This document shows positions 12,997 to 33,141 of a stretch of 64,000 bases of DNA, piece after piece (the stretch's first letter is position 1; each line of letters starts with the position of its first letter). Position numbers and translations under genes: made by a program. Source of the DNA: Rebecca billardiae RCC1528 (taxonomy: Eukaryota > Protista > Haptophyta); contig OZ251239.1 of assembly GCA_965240325.2 (NCBI GenBank), positions 1,364,001 to 1,428,000 on the forward strand. Direction: 5' to 3'. The notes beneath the pieces were generated by a model. That model had not been told where the DNA came from. It worked only from the letters and a program-made list of their open reading frames with translations, and made no database searches.

Positions 12997-14514
12997 TCAA
13001 CGGTGCTCGGGCCTAAGATGCGATGCGGCATCGTCAGCCGCCGCCATCCAGGCGACACGCAGATGCGCGATGCGCGCGGGCCAAGTGACGAGGTGCGTCA
13101 GGTGTGCCATCGGTCGATCGTCAGCCGCCGCCAGGCTCAGGCCGTGGCCGAGCGCGGCCGAATCCATGCCGCACGAGTACACGGCACCGTCCAACGTCAC
13201 AAACAGCGCGTGCACCCGAGAGAGCGAGCAGCCCACCACGCGCATGCGCCTGGACGTGAGCACGCACGGCTGCGGCGACACGCAGATGGCGGAGTGCCCT
13301 CGGCCGAGCTGCGCAAAGTCGGTGATGCCGAACGTGTGCACGCTGCCGTCCGCGCCGACCACCGCGCTGCTGGAGCCGCCACAGCTGGCGCGCACGGCGC
13401 GCACGCCCGCCAGCGCCTCGATGCGCTCCGGCAGGGGGCAGCACGCGCCACCACCACCCGCGCGGCCGAGGCCACCTGCCCCGCCGCCGCCGAATGAGCG
13501 CACGCCACCGGACGCGTCAATGACCAGGCTGTGCATAGCGCCCGCGCTCACGTGCACGGCGCGCACGCCCGCGAGTGCCTGGATGCGCGCTGGTCCGAGG
13601 CTGCGTGGGGGCGAAAGGCCGTCGCCCAGCTGCCCAACGCTGTTATCCCCGCACGAGTAGACGGCACCGTCGGTGCCGAGCAGCAGCGTGTGCTCCAGAC
13701 CACACGCAGCTGCACCGACACGCACGCCGTCCAGCGCCTCGATGCGCGTCGGCTCCCACCGGTTGTGCTGGTCGCCGTGGCCGAGCTGGCCCAGCGAGTT
13801 GCGGCCCCAGCTGTACGCGGAGCCGGCAGCCGTGAGCGCGAGGCTGTGGGCGTCGTGAGTCACGACGCACACGGCGGCCTCGCGCCCGAGCGCATGCACG
13901 GCCACGAACGAGTGGCGCGTGGCCCTGTCACCCAGCCCCAGCTGGCCGTACCCGTTGACGCCGCACGCGTACACGGCGCCGGCGTCGCTCAGCGCGAGCA
14001 GGTGGCCGTAGCCAGCGGCCACGCTGCGCATGCGCACCGCACTGAGCGAGGCGACGCGCGTCGGCACGAGCACCTCGGACAAGCCCGGGTGTCCGAGCGC
14101 TTCGCACGGTGCGTATGCGGGCACGTCATGGCTCCCAGTAGCTTCCTCGCCGCACGTGTGCAGCCCGCCTTCTGCGTCCACAAACGCGCTGAGCGCCGCG
14201 GCTTCTTGAAGGTCAAAGGGCGCGTTCGACTGGACGGCCACGGCGAGCGCGTGCGCGCACGCGAGCGCGTGCACGCGCTCGCGCGCGAGTAGCTCGTGCG
14301 TCCACGTGCCCACGCCGGCGGGCAGCGCCGCCGGCGGCGCATGCGCGGGGCCGCGCCGACCCGCGCGCTCGCGCAGCGCGAGCTCGACTGGCGAGCGGCC
14401 ACCATGTGCGCTTCGGAAGAGGCGCGCCGTCGCGTTGGCGCTCTCGAGGTCGCGCAGCGGCAGGTCGACGAGAATGTGCGCGAGCAGCTCGGGCGGCAGG
14501 TCGGCCAGCCGCAT
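12997..14514 (-). CDS. F-box-like + RCC1-repeat (beta-propeller) protein, intronless
   Basis: MRLADLPPELLAHILVDLPLRDL followed by several RCC1 repeats (CGVNGYGQLGLG, WGRNSLGQLGHG, CGDNSVGQLGDG, VSAGAMHSL). Confidence 0.85.
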   Translation of the reverse strand: MRLADLPPELLAHILVDLPLRDLESANATARLFRSAHGGRSPVELALRERAGRRGPAHAPPAALPAGVGTWTHELLARERVHALACAHALAVAVQSNAPFDLQEAAALSAFVDAEGGLHTCGEEATGSHDVPAYAPCEALGHPGLSEVLVPTRVASLSAVRMRSVAAGYGHLLALSDAGAVYACGVNGYGQLGLGDRATRHSFVAVHALGREAAVCVVTHDAHSLALTAAGSAYSWGRNSLGQLGHGDQHNRWEPTRIEALDGVRVGAAACGLEHTLLLGTDGAVYSCGDNSVGQLGDGLSPPRSLGPARIQALAGVRAVHVSAGAMHSLVIDASGGVRSFGGGGAGGLGRAGGGGACCPLPERIEALAGVRAVRASCGGSSSAVVGADGSVHTFGITDFAQLGRGHSAICVSPQPCVLTSRRMRVVGCSLSRVHALFVTLDGAVYSCGMDSAALGHGLSLAAADDRPMAHLTHLVTWPARIAHLRVAWMAAADDAASHLRPEHR

Positions 14515-14775
14515 CGCCCTTGCCTGTGCATGCGCGACCTTCCAGGGCGCCTTCGCGCGGACCAGGGTCCGGGCGGAACCTCCGGTGGAGTCCGGCACGC
14601 GCGGCGACAGTGAAGGCCGCCGCGCGGCCCGGGCGCGCCGCACGCCATCAAGCAAGAGCGCCCGCCGAGCAGCTCGTCGCGTGGGTTGCACACGCGCGCA
14701 CGGACCGCCCCGCCCGCCCCTCCACCTCCCCCGTTGGCGAGCGCCTCGCACCGCCCCGCGCGCGCACCCCGAGCC

Positions 14776-22812
<8,037 letters not shown>

Positions 22813-23069
22813 GGGCGCGTAGGGGGCGGGCTGCGGGCTGCGCGGCCGAGTCCGCCGCACTCCGCGGGGTGCGGACAGGCATGAGACATGGGCGGTGGGT
22901 GAGAGGCGCGCCGCGACCACGGTCATCGAGTGCGATGACCACGGTCAGCAGGCAGCGCAGGCGAGCGAGCGCCTGGTGCTGGCGGAGCGGGTGGCCGGCC
23001 CGGCCGGGGGCGCGCGTACATGTCGCTCCGCCGCCGCGGCACTGTTCAGGGTTAGCGGTGCGCAGCATG

Positions 23070-23318
<249 letters not shown>

Positions 23319-23620
23319 GCTGATGACTACGACGATTATATAATATTATGCGCTGATGATGATCAATCGGCGCATCAGTACAGTACGACTGTCGTCGCAT
23401 CTTGATGGCGCGGCAATCCGGCCGGCCGCCGCCGCGGCGGCATATTATTTGGCTGCGCCCGCGCACTGACAGCGGCGCGGACGTGTCGTCGCCGAAGCCT
23501 GCGCGAGGATGGCCGCAGCGCACGGTTCGGCGGCGAGCATGCGGGACGAGCGCCAGCGTGACAGTCACAATGGCACGGCAGCTGCCACCCAGCCAGTTGC
23601 AAGCGGCGCACCGGGCGCGC

Positions 23621-23899
23621 TCACTTGGCCATCGCGGCGGTCTGCTCTCGGATCGCCGCGGCGATGTCGCGCAGCAGCCCCGTCTGCTCCTTGAGCAGCG
23701 GCGCGAGCTCCTCGCCACCGCCGCCACCGCCACCTCCCGCCGCGCCAAAGAGGCCGCCGCCGCCCGACTTGCCGTCGCCCGAGTCGCGGCCCATGCCGAG
23801 CACGGCGGGGCCGGATAACTGCTTCAAGGGGACGCCGTCGACCGCCTCGCCTCGCTTCATCGCCCACACGTCCTTCTTGAACTGGTGCGGGTCCTGCAT
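23621..23899 (-). CDS. Short ORF or orphan 3' exon (QDPHQFKKDVWAMKR...LLKEQTGLLRDIAAAIREQ)
   Basis: Host-like codon usage and a helical C-terminus. No convincing upstream exon was found. Confidence 0.4.
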   Translation of the reverse strand: MQDPHQFKKDVWAMKRGEAVDGVPLKQLSGPAVLGMGRDSGDGKSGGGGLFGAAGGGGGGGGEELAPLLKEQTGLLRDIAAAIREQTAAMAK

Positions 23900-24501
23900 G
23901 CCCGCAGCGCGCGCACACACACCAGCCGCCCCGGTGCGCTCTCTGTGAGGGACTTGTGCCGACATGCTGCACGCGGCGGGGTGTTGCTGGATGCAGGGAT
24001 GCGCACAAGCGATTTGAGATTCGCCGAATCCGGCCCCCGACAAGAGCGAATCGTCCCGCCATCAATCAAGGGCGACGATCCCCCGACACGGCCGGATACC
24101 ATCGGATCCCGCGCGCCAAAGAATGAATGAACATCATCATCAATGCAGGAACCGGTGACGGCGGTTTAATTTCTGGCGCGGGCCACTGAGCCCGTATTGG
24201 TTATAACCTGCTGTCTGTGACCCCTTAATTCCTTTGCAGTGACTGCCTGAGCTGTGTGCGTCTCTTATTCTTAGTAAACTGTAGACATCGTCGTCGACTC
24301 GTCGTCGTCCTCCGCAACAGTCACATAGCCCGCGGGACGAACTGGGTTGGTCCATCTGCTCTCGGTCAGTGACGACTCTGATCCGGAGTCGTCACAAAAT
24401 CTATCTATCTATCTATCTATCTATCGATCGATCGATCTATATATATATATTAATATATATATTATATCTAATATCTTTTAATATATATATTATATCTAAT
24501 A

Positions 24502-26311
24502 TCTTTGTTGGCCGAAGATACGCTAGCGTCCTTCCGACCACAAAATCGCGAAAAACGCCGCAATCGCTACTTGGTTTTCAGGCCTCGGCCCCAGCGGCAA
24601 ATGCGTTCAGCGACCTCGAAAACCTTGGGACCCGCTCGGGTTTGGGCGTCAGGTGCCGTAGGCGACCACGGACACGGTCCGACCGCCGGAACTACCGTCC
24701 AAAAGTCGAAGGACGCTACCACCCGTCCCAGCCCAGTGCGTCAAGCTCCGTCGGGGGCCGGCCGCTGACTCAGCGAAAACATTTGAAAAGAAATGGCCGT
24801 CGTCCGCCGCGCGGGCAGCTTCGCTCTGGTCGTGCGCGTGCGCGTAGGCGAGGGCTGTGCGACGGCGTGTCAGGTGGGCTGGTCTGCTAGTACCTCAGAA
24901 ACCCTTCCGGCGCTCATGTCTCGGCTTCCCGGCGTCTTCTGCGCCCATTCTCACTAGCCGAGCGGGTGCGTTTCAACGCAACACTCAGGCCGGCAGGCGC
25001 CTACGCCACCGCTTCATCGCACAGAGTAGGCTGCAGGAGCCAGGCGCGCGCTGTCTGGAGAGAGGGCCAGTGTATATGTTTCCAATGCGCGCGCGCTCAA
25101 GGCGCCATTCGAGCGCGTGTCGCGGGCAGAAGCGGACTCAGTAGGCAATGCTTGGCTTTGGCGACCGTTGCAGTCGAGCCGCGCTAGCAGGCGGCGGAGG
25201 GCCCAAGGCGGCACATATCTGCTGCGCCGAAGGTCGCTTACACGTGTGCACTGAGGATGAGCGCAACGCGCCGCCGCTCCAGCCATCTCAGCCGCCGCAG
25301 TCATTAAAGCGCGCGCTGCGACGGGCGCTGTGACGGGCCCTGGTGCTCATCCGCCTCGAGGCGCACCTGCGCGCACTGTGTCCGGGAGCTCATGACCTTC
25401 CATGGCCAACCTCATGAGCCCGCTGAGCCGGGACGGGCTCACTGGCTTTCTGCGGGACGGGTGGCGTAGCCGTATCGAGCTTCCTTTTGAGGGTGCGGGT
25501 AGTACGCTAGCGCCCGGGCTATGTTCGAGACCTCAGAGGCTAAGTTCGAGACCTCAGAGGCTAAGACTTCAGCCAGAGGTGCCCCAGGATATTCGGATTT
25601 AGGTGCCCAACATGATTGACTTAATGGGCAGCGAGCGCCGCGCACGTCCGAGAGGGCTCCACGACTGACGACGTTTTGAGACATTATTGAGTGACACGCT
25701 CAGCGACGCGCTCGGGCTCGTCGTCGGACGACCAACAGCACTGAGGGGTCACGGCGACAGCACACAGGGCGGGCTAGTCGGCGGGACGTACGGCATTCGC
25801 GACTCCATCTGAACCGTTGGCGAGCGCGCGGTGGCAGCGGCGCGCTGGTCGCACCTGCAACGCCCTGCTCAGGCACCGCGGCCACCGCGCTGCTGGCCAC
25901 GCCCACGGCTTGTGCCGCAGCGGCCGCACGTAGCTTGCACTGGCGCAACTGGCGTGGCGTGCGGCAGCACGGTGGCACTCGGGGTGATGACGTTGACGAT
26001 GATAACGGACAGATAAGTTGCTCCATCGCCACAGCCCGCTCGAAGCCCTGCGCCGCGCCGCTTTCCTCCGCCTCACGCCGCGCAGCGCCGCAGTCATCCA
26101 AATCACGACCGTCGTCGAGCGCGGTCGCCTCTGGAGGGCCGTCGTCGGCATCAGAAGAGAAGGTCTCGTCATGTGAGTTGTCATTGAGGTCCCAGGCGTC
26201 AATCGCGCCCGCGGCCGCCCTCGCGCGCGCCCCCTACGCGCCGTCAGAGCTCACGCGCGCCGGGTCGCCATCGAAGATACGCTAGCGTATCTTCCCCGCG
26301 GCCAACAAAGA
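24502..26311. mobile_element. Putative non-autonomous element with 13-bp terminal inverted repeats and sub-terminal palindromes
   Basis: TCTTTGTTGGCCG (24502-24514) and CGGCCAACAAAGA (26299-26311). GAAGATACGCTAGCGT lies near both ends. Lower GC inside, microsatellite flanks, no clear TSD. Confidence 0.55.
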
Positions 26312-26338
26312 GAGAGAGAGAGAGAGAGAGAGAGATCG

Positions 26339-27724
26339 TCATCGTCGCGACATCGCTGCTGGCTGTGGCTCGCGCACCCGCGCCTCGAGCTCGCGCAGGT
26401 ACTGCAGCGTGGCATGGTGCTCATCCTCAGAATCAGCTTGTGCCGCGGGACTGGAGCGTGCGCCAACGCGCAGCTGGGCGCCCGCGGGCTCGGCCTCGCC
26501 CTCCATGACCAAGCGCAGCACGCGCAGGTGCGACGGGTCGGCCGCCTGCTCGGCGAGACGCAGCCGCATGCGCGCGCGCACGAGCTCGGCGCGCATGCGC
26601 TCGGTGGCAGCGCGCTCGGCAGCGAGCGCGGCGGCAGCGTCGGCGTGCCGCGTGTCCACAGCGGGCTCCACCAGCCGGCCGAGCAGCGGAGCATCTGCAA
26701 CATGCTCCCCGCTGCCACTGCCGCCTGGCTCGTCAGCGGGCGGGGCAGTGCTTAGCGCGGGCTGTGTGTGCGCTGCATGCGCCCTGCTCGGCCCCGCGCG
26801 CTTGCCCGGCCCATCGCCGCGGCTGCGCGGGCCACTGCCACTCGCGACATCAGAGCAACGCGGAGGGCGAGCCTCGGCGCGAGCCGTGGCCCTCGGTGGC
26901 TGTGGGTGCGGCTGCGAGCCAGCGGCTGCGGCAGCAGCTGCGGTCGTGCTGTCGCCATTGCGCTGCACGCGCCTGCGCTTTGCGATGCCGCCCTGCTGAG
27001 GCTCAGGGGCTGCAGCACGCTTGCGCTCGCGCATGGCGCGCCCGCTGATCATGCCATCCAGCTTGTGCGTGGCGCAGCGACTGAGACGTTTGTCGCCCGG
27101 CATGCCAAAGGACGGCTGCTTATCACAGCCGGCATGCTCGCACCTGCGGCTGACCACGTTGACCATGCCGGCCAACTGGTGCGTGGCGCAGCGGCTGGCA
27201 CGTGTGTCGCCCGGCATGCCAAAGTGCGGCTGCTTGTCACAGCCGGCATGCTCGCACCTGCGGTGGCCCACGTCGACCATGCCGGCCAGCTTGTGCGTGG
27301 CGCAGCGGCTGGCACGTGTGCCGCCCGGCATGCCGAAGTGCGGCTGCTTGTCGCAGCCGGCATGCTCGCACCTGCGGCTCCTCACGTCGACCATGCCGGC
27401 CAGCTTGTGCGTGGCGCACCGGCTGGCCCATTTGCCGCCCGGCATGGCAAAAGACGGCCGCGTGTCACAGCCGGCATGCTCGCACCTGCGGCTAATCACG
27501 TCGACCATGCCGGCCAGCTTGTGCGTGGCGCAGAGGCTGGCACGTGTGCCGCCCGGCATGCCGAAGTACGGCACCTTGTCGCAGCCGGCATGCTCGCACC
27601 TGCGGCGCTTCACGTCGACCATGCCGGCTAGCTTGTGCGTGGCGCAGCGGCTGGGACGTGTGTCGCCCGGCTTGCCAAATGCCGGTTGCTTGTCACAGCC
27701 AGCTCGGCCGCACGTGCGGGGCAT
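26339..27724 (-). CDS. EsV-1-7-type Cys/His repeat protein, copy A (6 repeats)
   Basis: 38-aa C-x4-C-x16-C-x2-H repeats ([34 protein letters not shown]...), bipartite NLS and conserved C-terminal domain. ATG follows the family leader. Confidence 0.85.
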   Translation of the reverse strand: MPRTCGRAGCDKQPAFGKPGDTRPSRCATHKLAGMVDVKRRRCEHAGCDKVPYFGMPGGTRASLCATHKLAGMVDVISRRCEHAGCDTRPSFAMPGGKWASRCATHKLAGMVDVRSRRCEHAGCDKQPHFGMPGGTRASRCATHKLAGMVDVGHRRCEHAGCDKQPHFGMPGDTRASRCATHQLAGMVNVVSRRCEHAGCDKQPSFGMPGDKRLSRCATHKLDGMISGRAMRERKRAAAPEPQQGGIAKRRRVQRNGDSTTAAAAAAAGSQPHPQPPRATARAEARPPRCSDVASGSGPRSRGDGPGKRAGPSRAHAAHTQPALSTAPPADEPGGSGSGEHVADAPLLGRLVEPAVDTRHADAAAALAAERAATERMRAELVRARMRLRLAEQAADPSHLRVLRLVMEGEAEPAGAQLRVGARSSPAAQADSEDEHHATLQYLRELEARVREPQPAAMSRR

Positions 27725-28390
27725 CCTCGCGCGCGTCAGCCACGTAGCGTGTGCCGTGCTACTCGAAAGGGCAGTGAAGACTACCAAGGCGAGGCCGCCA
27801 TCGTGCCCCGTGTGCGAGTTGTCGGCGGAGGCTCGCTGCCAGCCGGCCTCGGCGGGACGAGGGCAGCCGCTCGAGCACGTGAGCACGGTCGGGAGTACGC
27901 CCCGCCACGCACGTGCGGTGTGGACGTCGCGTAGGATGAAGCCGTGGCGCATGGGCCGCTCGCGCCGGCTGCAGCGGAGAAGTGATGGCCGCTGCGCGAG
28001 GCCGCCCGTCGCAGACTCGCAGCGGTCGGCCAGCCCGGGACTGCCAGCCGTACCGATCGTGCGCTCGCCTGCCTGCCGCCACGTCTGGAGTCGCTGGAGG
28101 GTGTGCTTTCTGACGGTGATTGCGTTGGGCTCATCACGTGGCTGCTACACGCCCGTCATAGAGGGGAGACCTCGACGTTTAGACGGCGTCTGCTGAGACC
28201 AGTCCGCGCCTTGCCGCCATGGCGCACGTAAACATGCCTGGATGTGCAGCGTCCGGCGTCGTAGCTCCGCCCGTCCCGGTAGCTCGATCGACTGGCGAGC
28301 GGCGGCAACTTGACGCGCCGATAATAGCCCGGCGGCGGTCATCATCATGCGTATACGCATCAAAGCACGGCGTCTTCAGCACAACGACTA

Positions 28391-30112
28391 TCAACGCGAC
28401 GGCGCTGCTGACTGCTCACGCACCCTCGCCTCGAGCTCGCGCAGGTACTGCAGCGTGGCCTGGCGCTCGTCATCAGAAGCAGCTCGTGCCGCGGGACTGG
28501 AGCGTGCGCCTCCGGCCGGTGGTGCGCTCATGGGCTCGGTCTCGCCCTCCATGACCAAGCGCAGCACGCGCAGGTGCGACGGGTCGGCCGCCTGCTCGGC
28601 GAGACGCAGCCGCATGCGCGCGCGCACGAGCTCGGCGCGCATGCGCTCGGTGGCGGCGCGCTCGGCGGCGAGCTCGGCGGCATGGTCGGCGTGCTGCGTG
28701 ACCGCGGCGGGCTCGACTAGCCGGCCGAGCAGCGGGGCATCTGCCGCGTGCTCACCACTGCCACTGCCGCCTGGCCCGTCAGCGGGCGGTGCAGTGCTCA
28801 GGGCTGGCTGTGTGTGCGCTGCATGCGCCCTGCTTGGCCCCGCGCGCTTGCCCGGCCCATCGCCTTGGCTGTGCGGGCCGCCGCTGCTCGCGACAGCAGG
28901 GCGATGCAAAGGGCGAGCCTCCGCGCGAGCTGTGGCCCTCGGTGGCTGTGGACGCGGCTGCGAGCCGCCAGCAGCGGCAGCTGCTGCTGCCGTGCTGCCG
29001 CCATTGCGCTGCATGCGCCTTCGCTTTGCGCTGCCACCCTGCCGAGGCTCAGGGGCTGCAGCCCGCTTGCGCTCGCGCATGGCGCTCTTGCTGATCATGC
29101 CATCCAGCTTGTGCGTGGCGCAGCGACTGAGGCGTGTGTTGCCCGGCATGCCGAAGCACGGGTACTTGTCACAGCCAGCATGCTCGCACCTGCGGCTCTT
29201 CACGTCGACCATGCCGGCCAGCTTGTGCGTGCCGCAGCGGCTGGGGCGTGTGTCACCGGGCATGCCGAAGCACGGGTGCTTGTCACAGCCAGCATGCTCG
29301 CACCTGCGGCTCTTCAAATCGACCATGCCGGCCAGCTTGTGCGTGCCGCAGCGGCTGGGGCGTGTGCCGCCCGGCATGGCAAAGGACGGCTGCTTGAAAC
29401 AGCCGGCATGCTCGCACCTGCGGCTCTTCACGTCCACCATGCCGGCCAGCTTGTGCGTGCCGCAGCGGCTGGCTCGGGTGCCGCCCGGCATGGCAAAAGA
29501 CGGCCGCGTGTCACAGCCGGCATGCTCGCACCTGTGGCTGACCACGTTGACCATGCCGGCCAGCTTATGCGTGGCGCAGCGGCTGGCACGTGTGTCACCA
29601 GGCATGCCGAAGGACGGCACCTTGTCACAGCCGGCATGCTCGCACCTTTGGTGCTTCACATCGACCATGCCGGCCAGCTTGTGCGTGGCGCAGTGGCTGG
29701 CTCGGGTGCCGCCCGGCATGCCGAAGTACGGCTGCTTGTCACAGCCGGCATGCTCGCACCTGCGGCTCTGCACGTCGACCATGCCGGCCAGCTTGTGTGT
29801 GGCGCAGTGGCTGGCATGTGTTTCGCCCGGTATGCCAAAGTGCGGCCGCTTGTCGCAGCCGGCGTGCTCGCACCTGCGGCTCTTCAAATTGACCATGCCG
29901 GCCAGCTTGTGCGTGACGCAGCGGCTGGCACGCGTGTCACCCGGCATGCCAAAGTGCGGCTGCTTGTCACAGCCGGCATGCTCGCACCTGGGGTGCTTCA
30001 CGTCCACCATGCCGGCCAGCTTGTGTGTGGCGCAGCGGCTGGGACGCGCGGCACCCGGCTTGCCATATGCCGCCCGCTTGTCACAGCCAGCTCGACCGCA
30101 CGTCCGGGGCAT
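28391..30112 (-). CDS. EsV-1-7-type Cys/His repeat protein, copy B (9 repeats)
   Basis: Same architecture as copy A. Intact 573-aa ORF. Confidence 0.88.
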   Translation of the reverse strand: MPRTCGRAGCDKRAAYGKPGAARPSRCATHKLAGMVDVKHPRCEHAGCDKQPHFGMPGDTRASRCVTHKLAGMVNLKSRRCEHAGCDKRPHFGIPGETHASHCATHKLAGMVDVQSRRCEHAGCDKQPYFGMPGGTRASHCATHKLAGMVDVKHQRCEHAGCDKVPSFGMPGDTRASRCATHKLAGMVNVVSHRCEHAGCDTRPSFAMPGGTRASRCGTHKLAGMVDVKSRRCEHAGCFKQPSFAMPGGTRPSRCGTHKLAGMVDLKSRRCEHAGCDKHPCFGMPGDTRPSRCGTHKLAGMVDVKSRRCEHAGCDKYPCFGMPGNTRLSRCATHKLDGMISKSAMRERKRAAAPEPRQGGSAKRRRMQRNGGSTAAAAAAAGGSQPRPQPPRATARAEARPLHRPAVASSGGPHSQGDGPGKRAGPSRAHAAHTQPALSTAPPADGPGGSGSGEHAADAPLLGRLVEPAAVTQHADHAAELAAERAATERMRAELVRARMRLRLAEQAADPSHLRVLRLVMEGETEPMSAPPAGGARSSPAARAASDDERQATLQYLRELEARVREQSAAPSR

Positions 30113-30288
30113 CCTCGCGTGCGTCAGCCACGTAGCGTGTGCCGTGCTACTCGAAAGGGAAGTGAAGAACTGTGCCTAGCAGCTCGAGGGTGAGGCCGCC
30201 ATCGTGCGGCCGAGAGCCGCGTCAGCCGCCGAAAGTCCGGACGAAGTCGCCCGTCAGTGGCCGTCACGCGGCCATCGGGATCGTCACG

Positions 30289-31768
30289 ATGGGCGACACG
30301 TCGGCGGCGGTGGATTTCTCCGCGCTCTTCCGCTCGCGCGCGCAGTCGCAGCAGCATCAGCCGACGCGCACGCAGCGCGGTGCGGCGCACGCCTCGCCGC
30401 GAGAGAAGCGGCCGCGCGTCGACGCTGGCGAGCCGCGCGCCGTCGACGCGGCGCGCGGCGGCGACGGCGCCAAGCGTGCGCGCGGTGGCGGCGGCGGCGC
30501 CGCGGGCCACGGCCGTGGCCGCGGCCGCGGCGAGCGCGGCGGGCGGCCCGACGTGCACCATGCCGCCACGCAGCACGGCGCTGCGCGCGGCCGCGGCTCG
30601 TCGCCCCACGCGCCCGGCCGCGGCGGCGGTCGCGGCGAGCGCGGCCGCGGCGGCACCGGCCGCGGCGAGCGCGGCCGCGGCCGCGGCCGCGAGGCCGGCG
30701 GCCGCGGCGGGCGCGGGCGCGGCGGCGCGCCGCCGCGCGGCGCGCGCGAGCCGGCGCCGCCGTCGCTCGACCGCGAGACGAGCGCGCGCGTCGTCTCGCT
30801 CAACAACGAGATCGCGCACGCCGCGCGGCACAAGCAGCTGGGCGCCGCGCGCGCCACGTTCGACGCGCTGGGCGCCGCGGGGCTGCGTAACCGTTTCAGT
30901 TACACGATCATGCTGAACGCGTGCGCGCGGTGCGACGCGGTGGAGGGGGCGGAGGCGGTGCTGGCGGAGATGCAGGCGGCCGGCTTCGCGCCCGACGTCG
31001 TCGCGTGGACCACGCTCCTCAAGGCGCACTGCGCGCGCGCCGACGTGTCGGCCGCGCAGGCTGTGCTCCATCGCATGCTGCGCGCGGCGCCGCCAGTGCG
31101 GCCCAACGTGCGCGCGGCGAACACGCTGCTGCGCGGCTGCCTGGTGGCGGGCGCGGTGGGCGCGGGGGTCGCGGCGTTCGGCCGGATGGCGCCCGAGTGG
31201 CGCGCGCCGCCCGACGCCTCCTCCGCCGAGTACGCCGTCCTCCTGCTCTGCCAGGCGCTGCGCGTGCCCGAGGCGCGCGCGCTCGCGGACACGCACGGCG
31301 CGCTGATCGGCTCGGAGCCCAATGTGCATGTGGCGATCGCGCGCGCGGCGGCGCTGCGCGGGCTGTGGGCAGAGTGCGCGGAGCACGCGGCGCGCGCGCT
31401 CGACGCGGCGGACGCGCTCGACGCCGCCGCGTCGGCCGCGCGCGAGGACGGCGGCGGCGGCGGCGGCGCGGACGACGACGACGACGGCGGCGGCGACGGC
31501 GGCGACGGCGGCGGCGGCGCGCCGCCGCCCAAGCGCGCCGCCGCGGCGGCGGCGCGCGCGCTGGGCGGCAAGCGCGCGTGGCGCGACGGCGCGGCGGACG
31601 ACGCGCGCGCGCGCTCGAACGACGCGTACCGCCGCGCGCGGCGCGAGGGGCAGCGCGCCGAGGCGCGCGAGCTGGCGGCGCACGCGGCGCGCGCGGCCGC
31701 GGCGCTCGGCGCACGGCGCGGCGCGGCCCCCAAGGGCGGCGGGCGCGCGCCGGCCGCGAGCGCGGCCG

Positions 31769-31801
<33 letters not shown>

Positions 31802-33141
31802 CGGCCGGCGCGGGCGCCGCCGCCACCCCCGCCGCGCCGACGCGCCCCGACGTGCAGGGCGCGCTGCGCCGCCTCGTCGTCGTGCGAGCCCTCGGCCGCG
31901 CCACCGACGGGCGCGCAGCGCCGCGCACGCTCGCGCGCGCACTCCGAGAGTTTGGCGCGCCCGGCTCGGAGCGCGCGCAGGACGCGCTGCGCGTGTGGTT
32001 CAAGGGGCGGCTGGTGCCGAGCACGGGGTGGCTCAAGCTCGCGCGGCTGTTCCCGCAGCCCGAGCTGCCGCTCAAGCTCGAGCTCGCCTCCGGCGGCGGC
32101 GAGTGGGGCCTCGCGCAGGCGGCTGCCGACGCGGGCATGGCAAACTGGGTGCTTGCGGAGTGGCGCGCCGACCGCGCCGCGGCCGCGCTCGCGCGCGCCG
32201 CGCTGCGCGGCGTGAGCAACGTTGCGCTGCTGTGCGGCGACGCGGCGTCGGCGCTGGCGGAGCGCGCGCCGCCGGCCACCTTCGACGCGGTGTTCGTCAA
32301 CCACCCCGAGCCCCCGCAGCAGGGCGGCGCGCTGCCCGGCGCCTCGGACGAGCGCGCGAGCGGCGCGGCGCGCGGCGGCGGCGGGCGCGCCGCGGCGCCG
32401 ACAGCGCAGCCGCCGCAGCCGCAGCCGCAGCCGCAGCTCTTCAGCGCGCAGGGCTCCGCGCACCTGCTCACCCCCGCGTTCCTCGCGTGCGTGCACTCGC
32501 GCATGCGCCCGGGCGCGTGCCTCACCATCGTCTCAGACTCGCTGTGGTACGCGCAGCTGCTGCTCACACAGCTCAGCGAGCTCAGCGGCGGCGAGGGCGG
32601 TGGCGAGGGCGGTGGCGAGGGCGAGGGCGGCGGGGGCGGGGGCGGCCCTGCGCGCTTCGTCAACGTCGAGCTGCCGCGCACGGCGCCGCGGGCCGAGGCC
32701 GCGCCGCGCGGCGGCGGGCGCGGGCGCGGCGGCCGAGGCCGCGCCGCCGATCGCGCCGGCCGCGCCGCCGCGCCGCGCGGCGGCTTCTCCGTCGTCTCTC
32801 GCGCGCGCGGTCTCACTCTGTATGAAGGACGTCCGAGCGCGCACTGCGGGCACGTGGCGGCGGGCGTGCGCTCCTACTTTGACCGGCTGTGGGAGGCGGC
32901 GGAGCGCACGAGCAGGTACGTGCTCTGCGTGCGCAAGCCGGCGGCCACGCAGCTGGGCGCGGCCGGCTCCGAGTCCGGCTCGTCCGGCTCGTCTGGCTCC
33001 GATCAGTCCGGCGAGGCGGACGAGGCGGGCGGCGACGATGACTCGGACTGCTCCGACTCCGACTCTGACCCCGACCCCGACGACGACGACGACGACGACG
33101 ACGCGCCGGACTCCTCGGTCGATGACGATGACGACTCGTGA
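30289..33141 (+). CDS. PPR-repeat + TrmB-like tRNA (guanine-N7) methyltransferase fusion (PPR-TGM type)
   Basis: RGG-rich N-terminus. PPR motifs SYTIMLNACARC, PDVVAWTTLLKAHC and PNVRAANTLLRGC. TrmB-like motifs LELASGGGEW, LLCGDA, VFVNHPEP, LTIVSD and SYFDRLW. Acidic tail. Confidence 0.85.

Noticed and set aside
27021-30193. Antisense repeat ORFs (SQPACSHLR...) over the EsV-1-7 genes
   Set aside because: They are reverse-complement reads of the 114-nt repeat. The sense frame has the Cys/His pattern, the NLS and the conserved leader.
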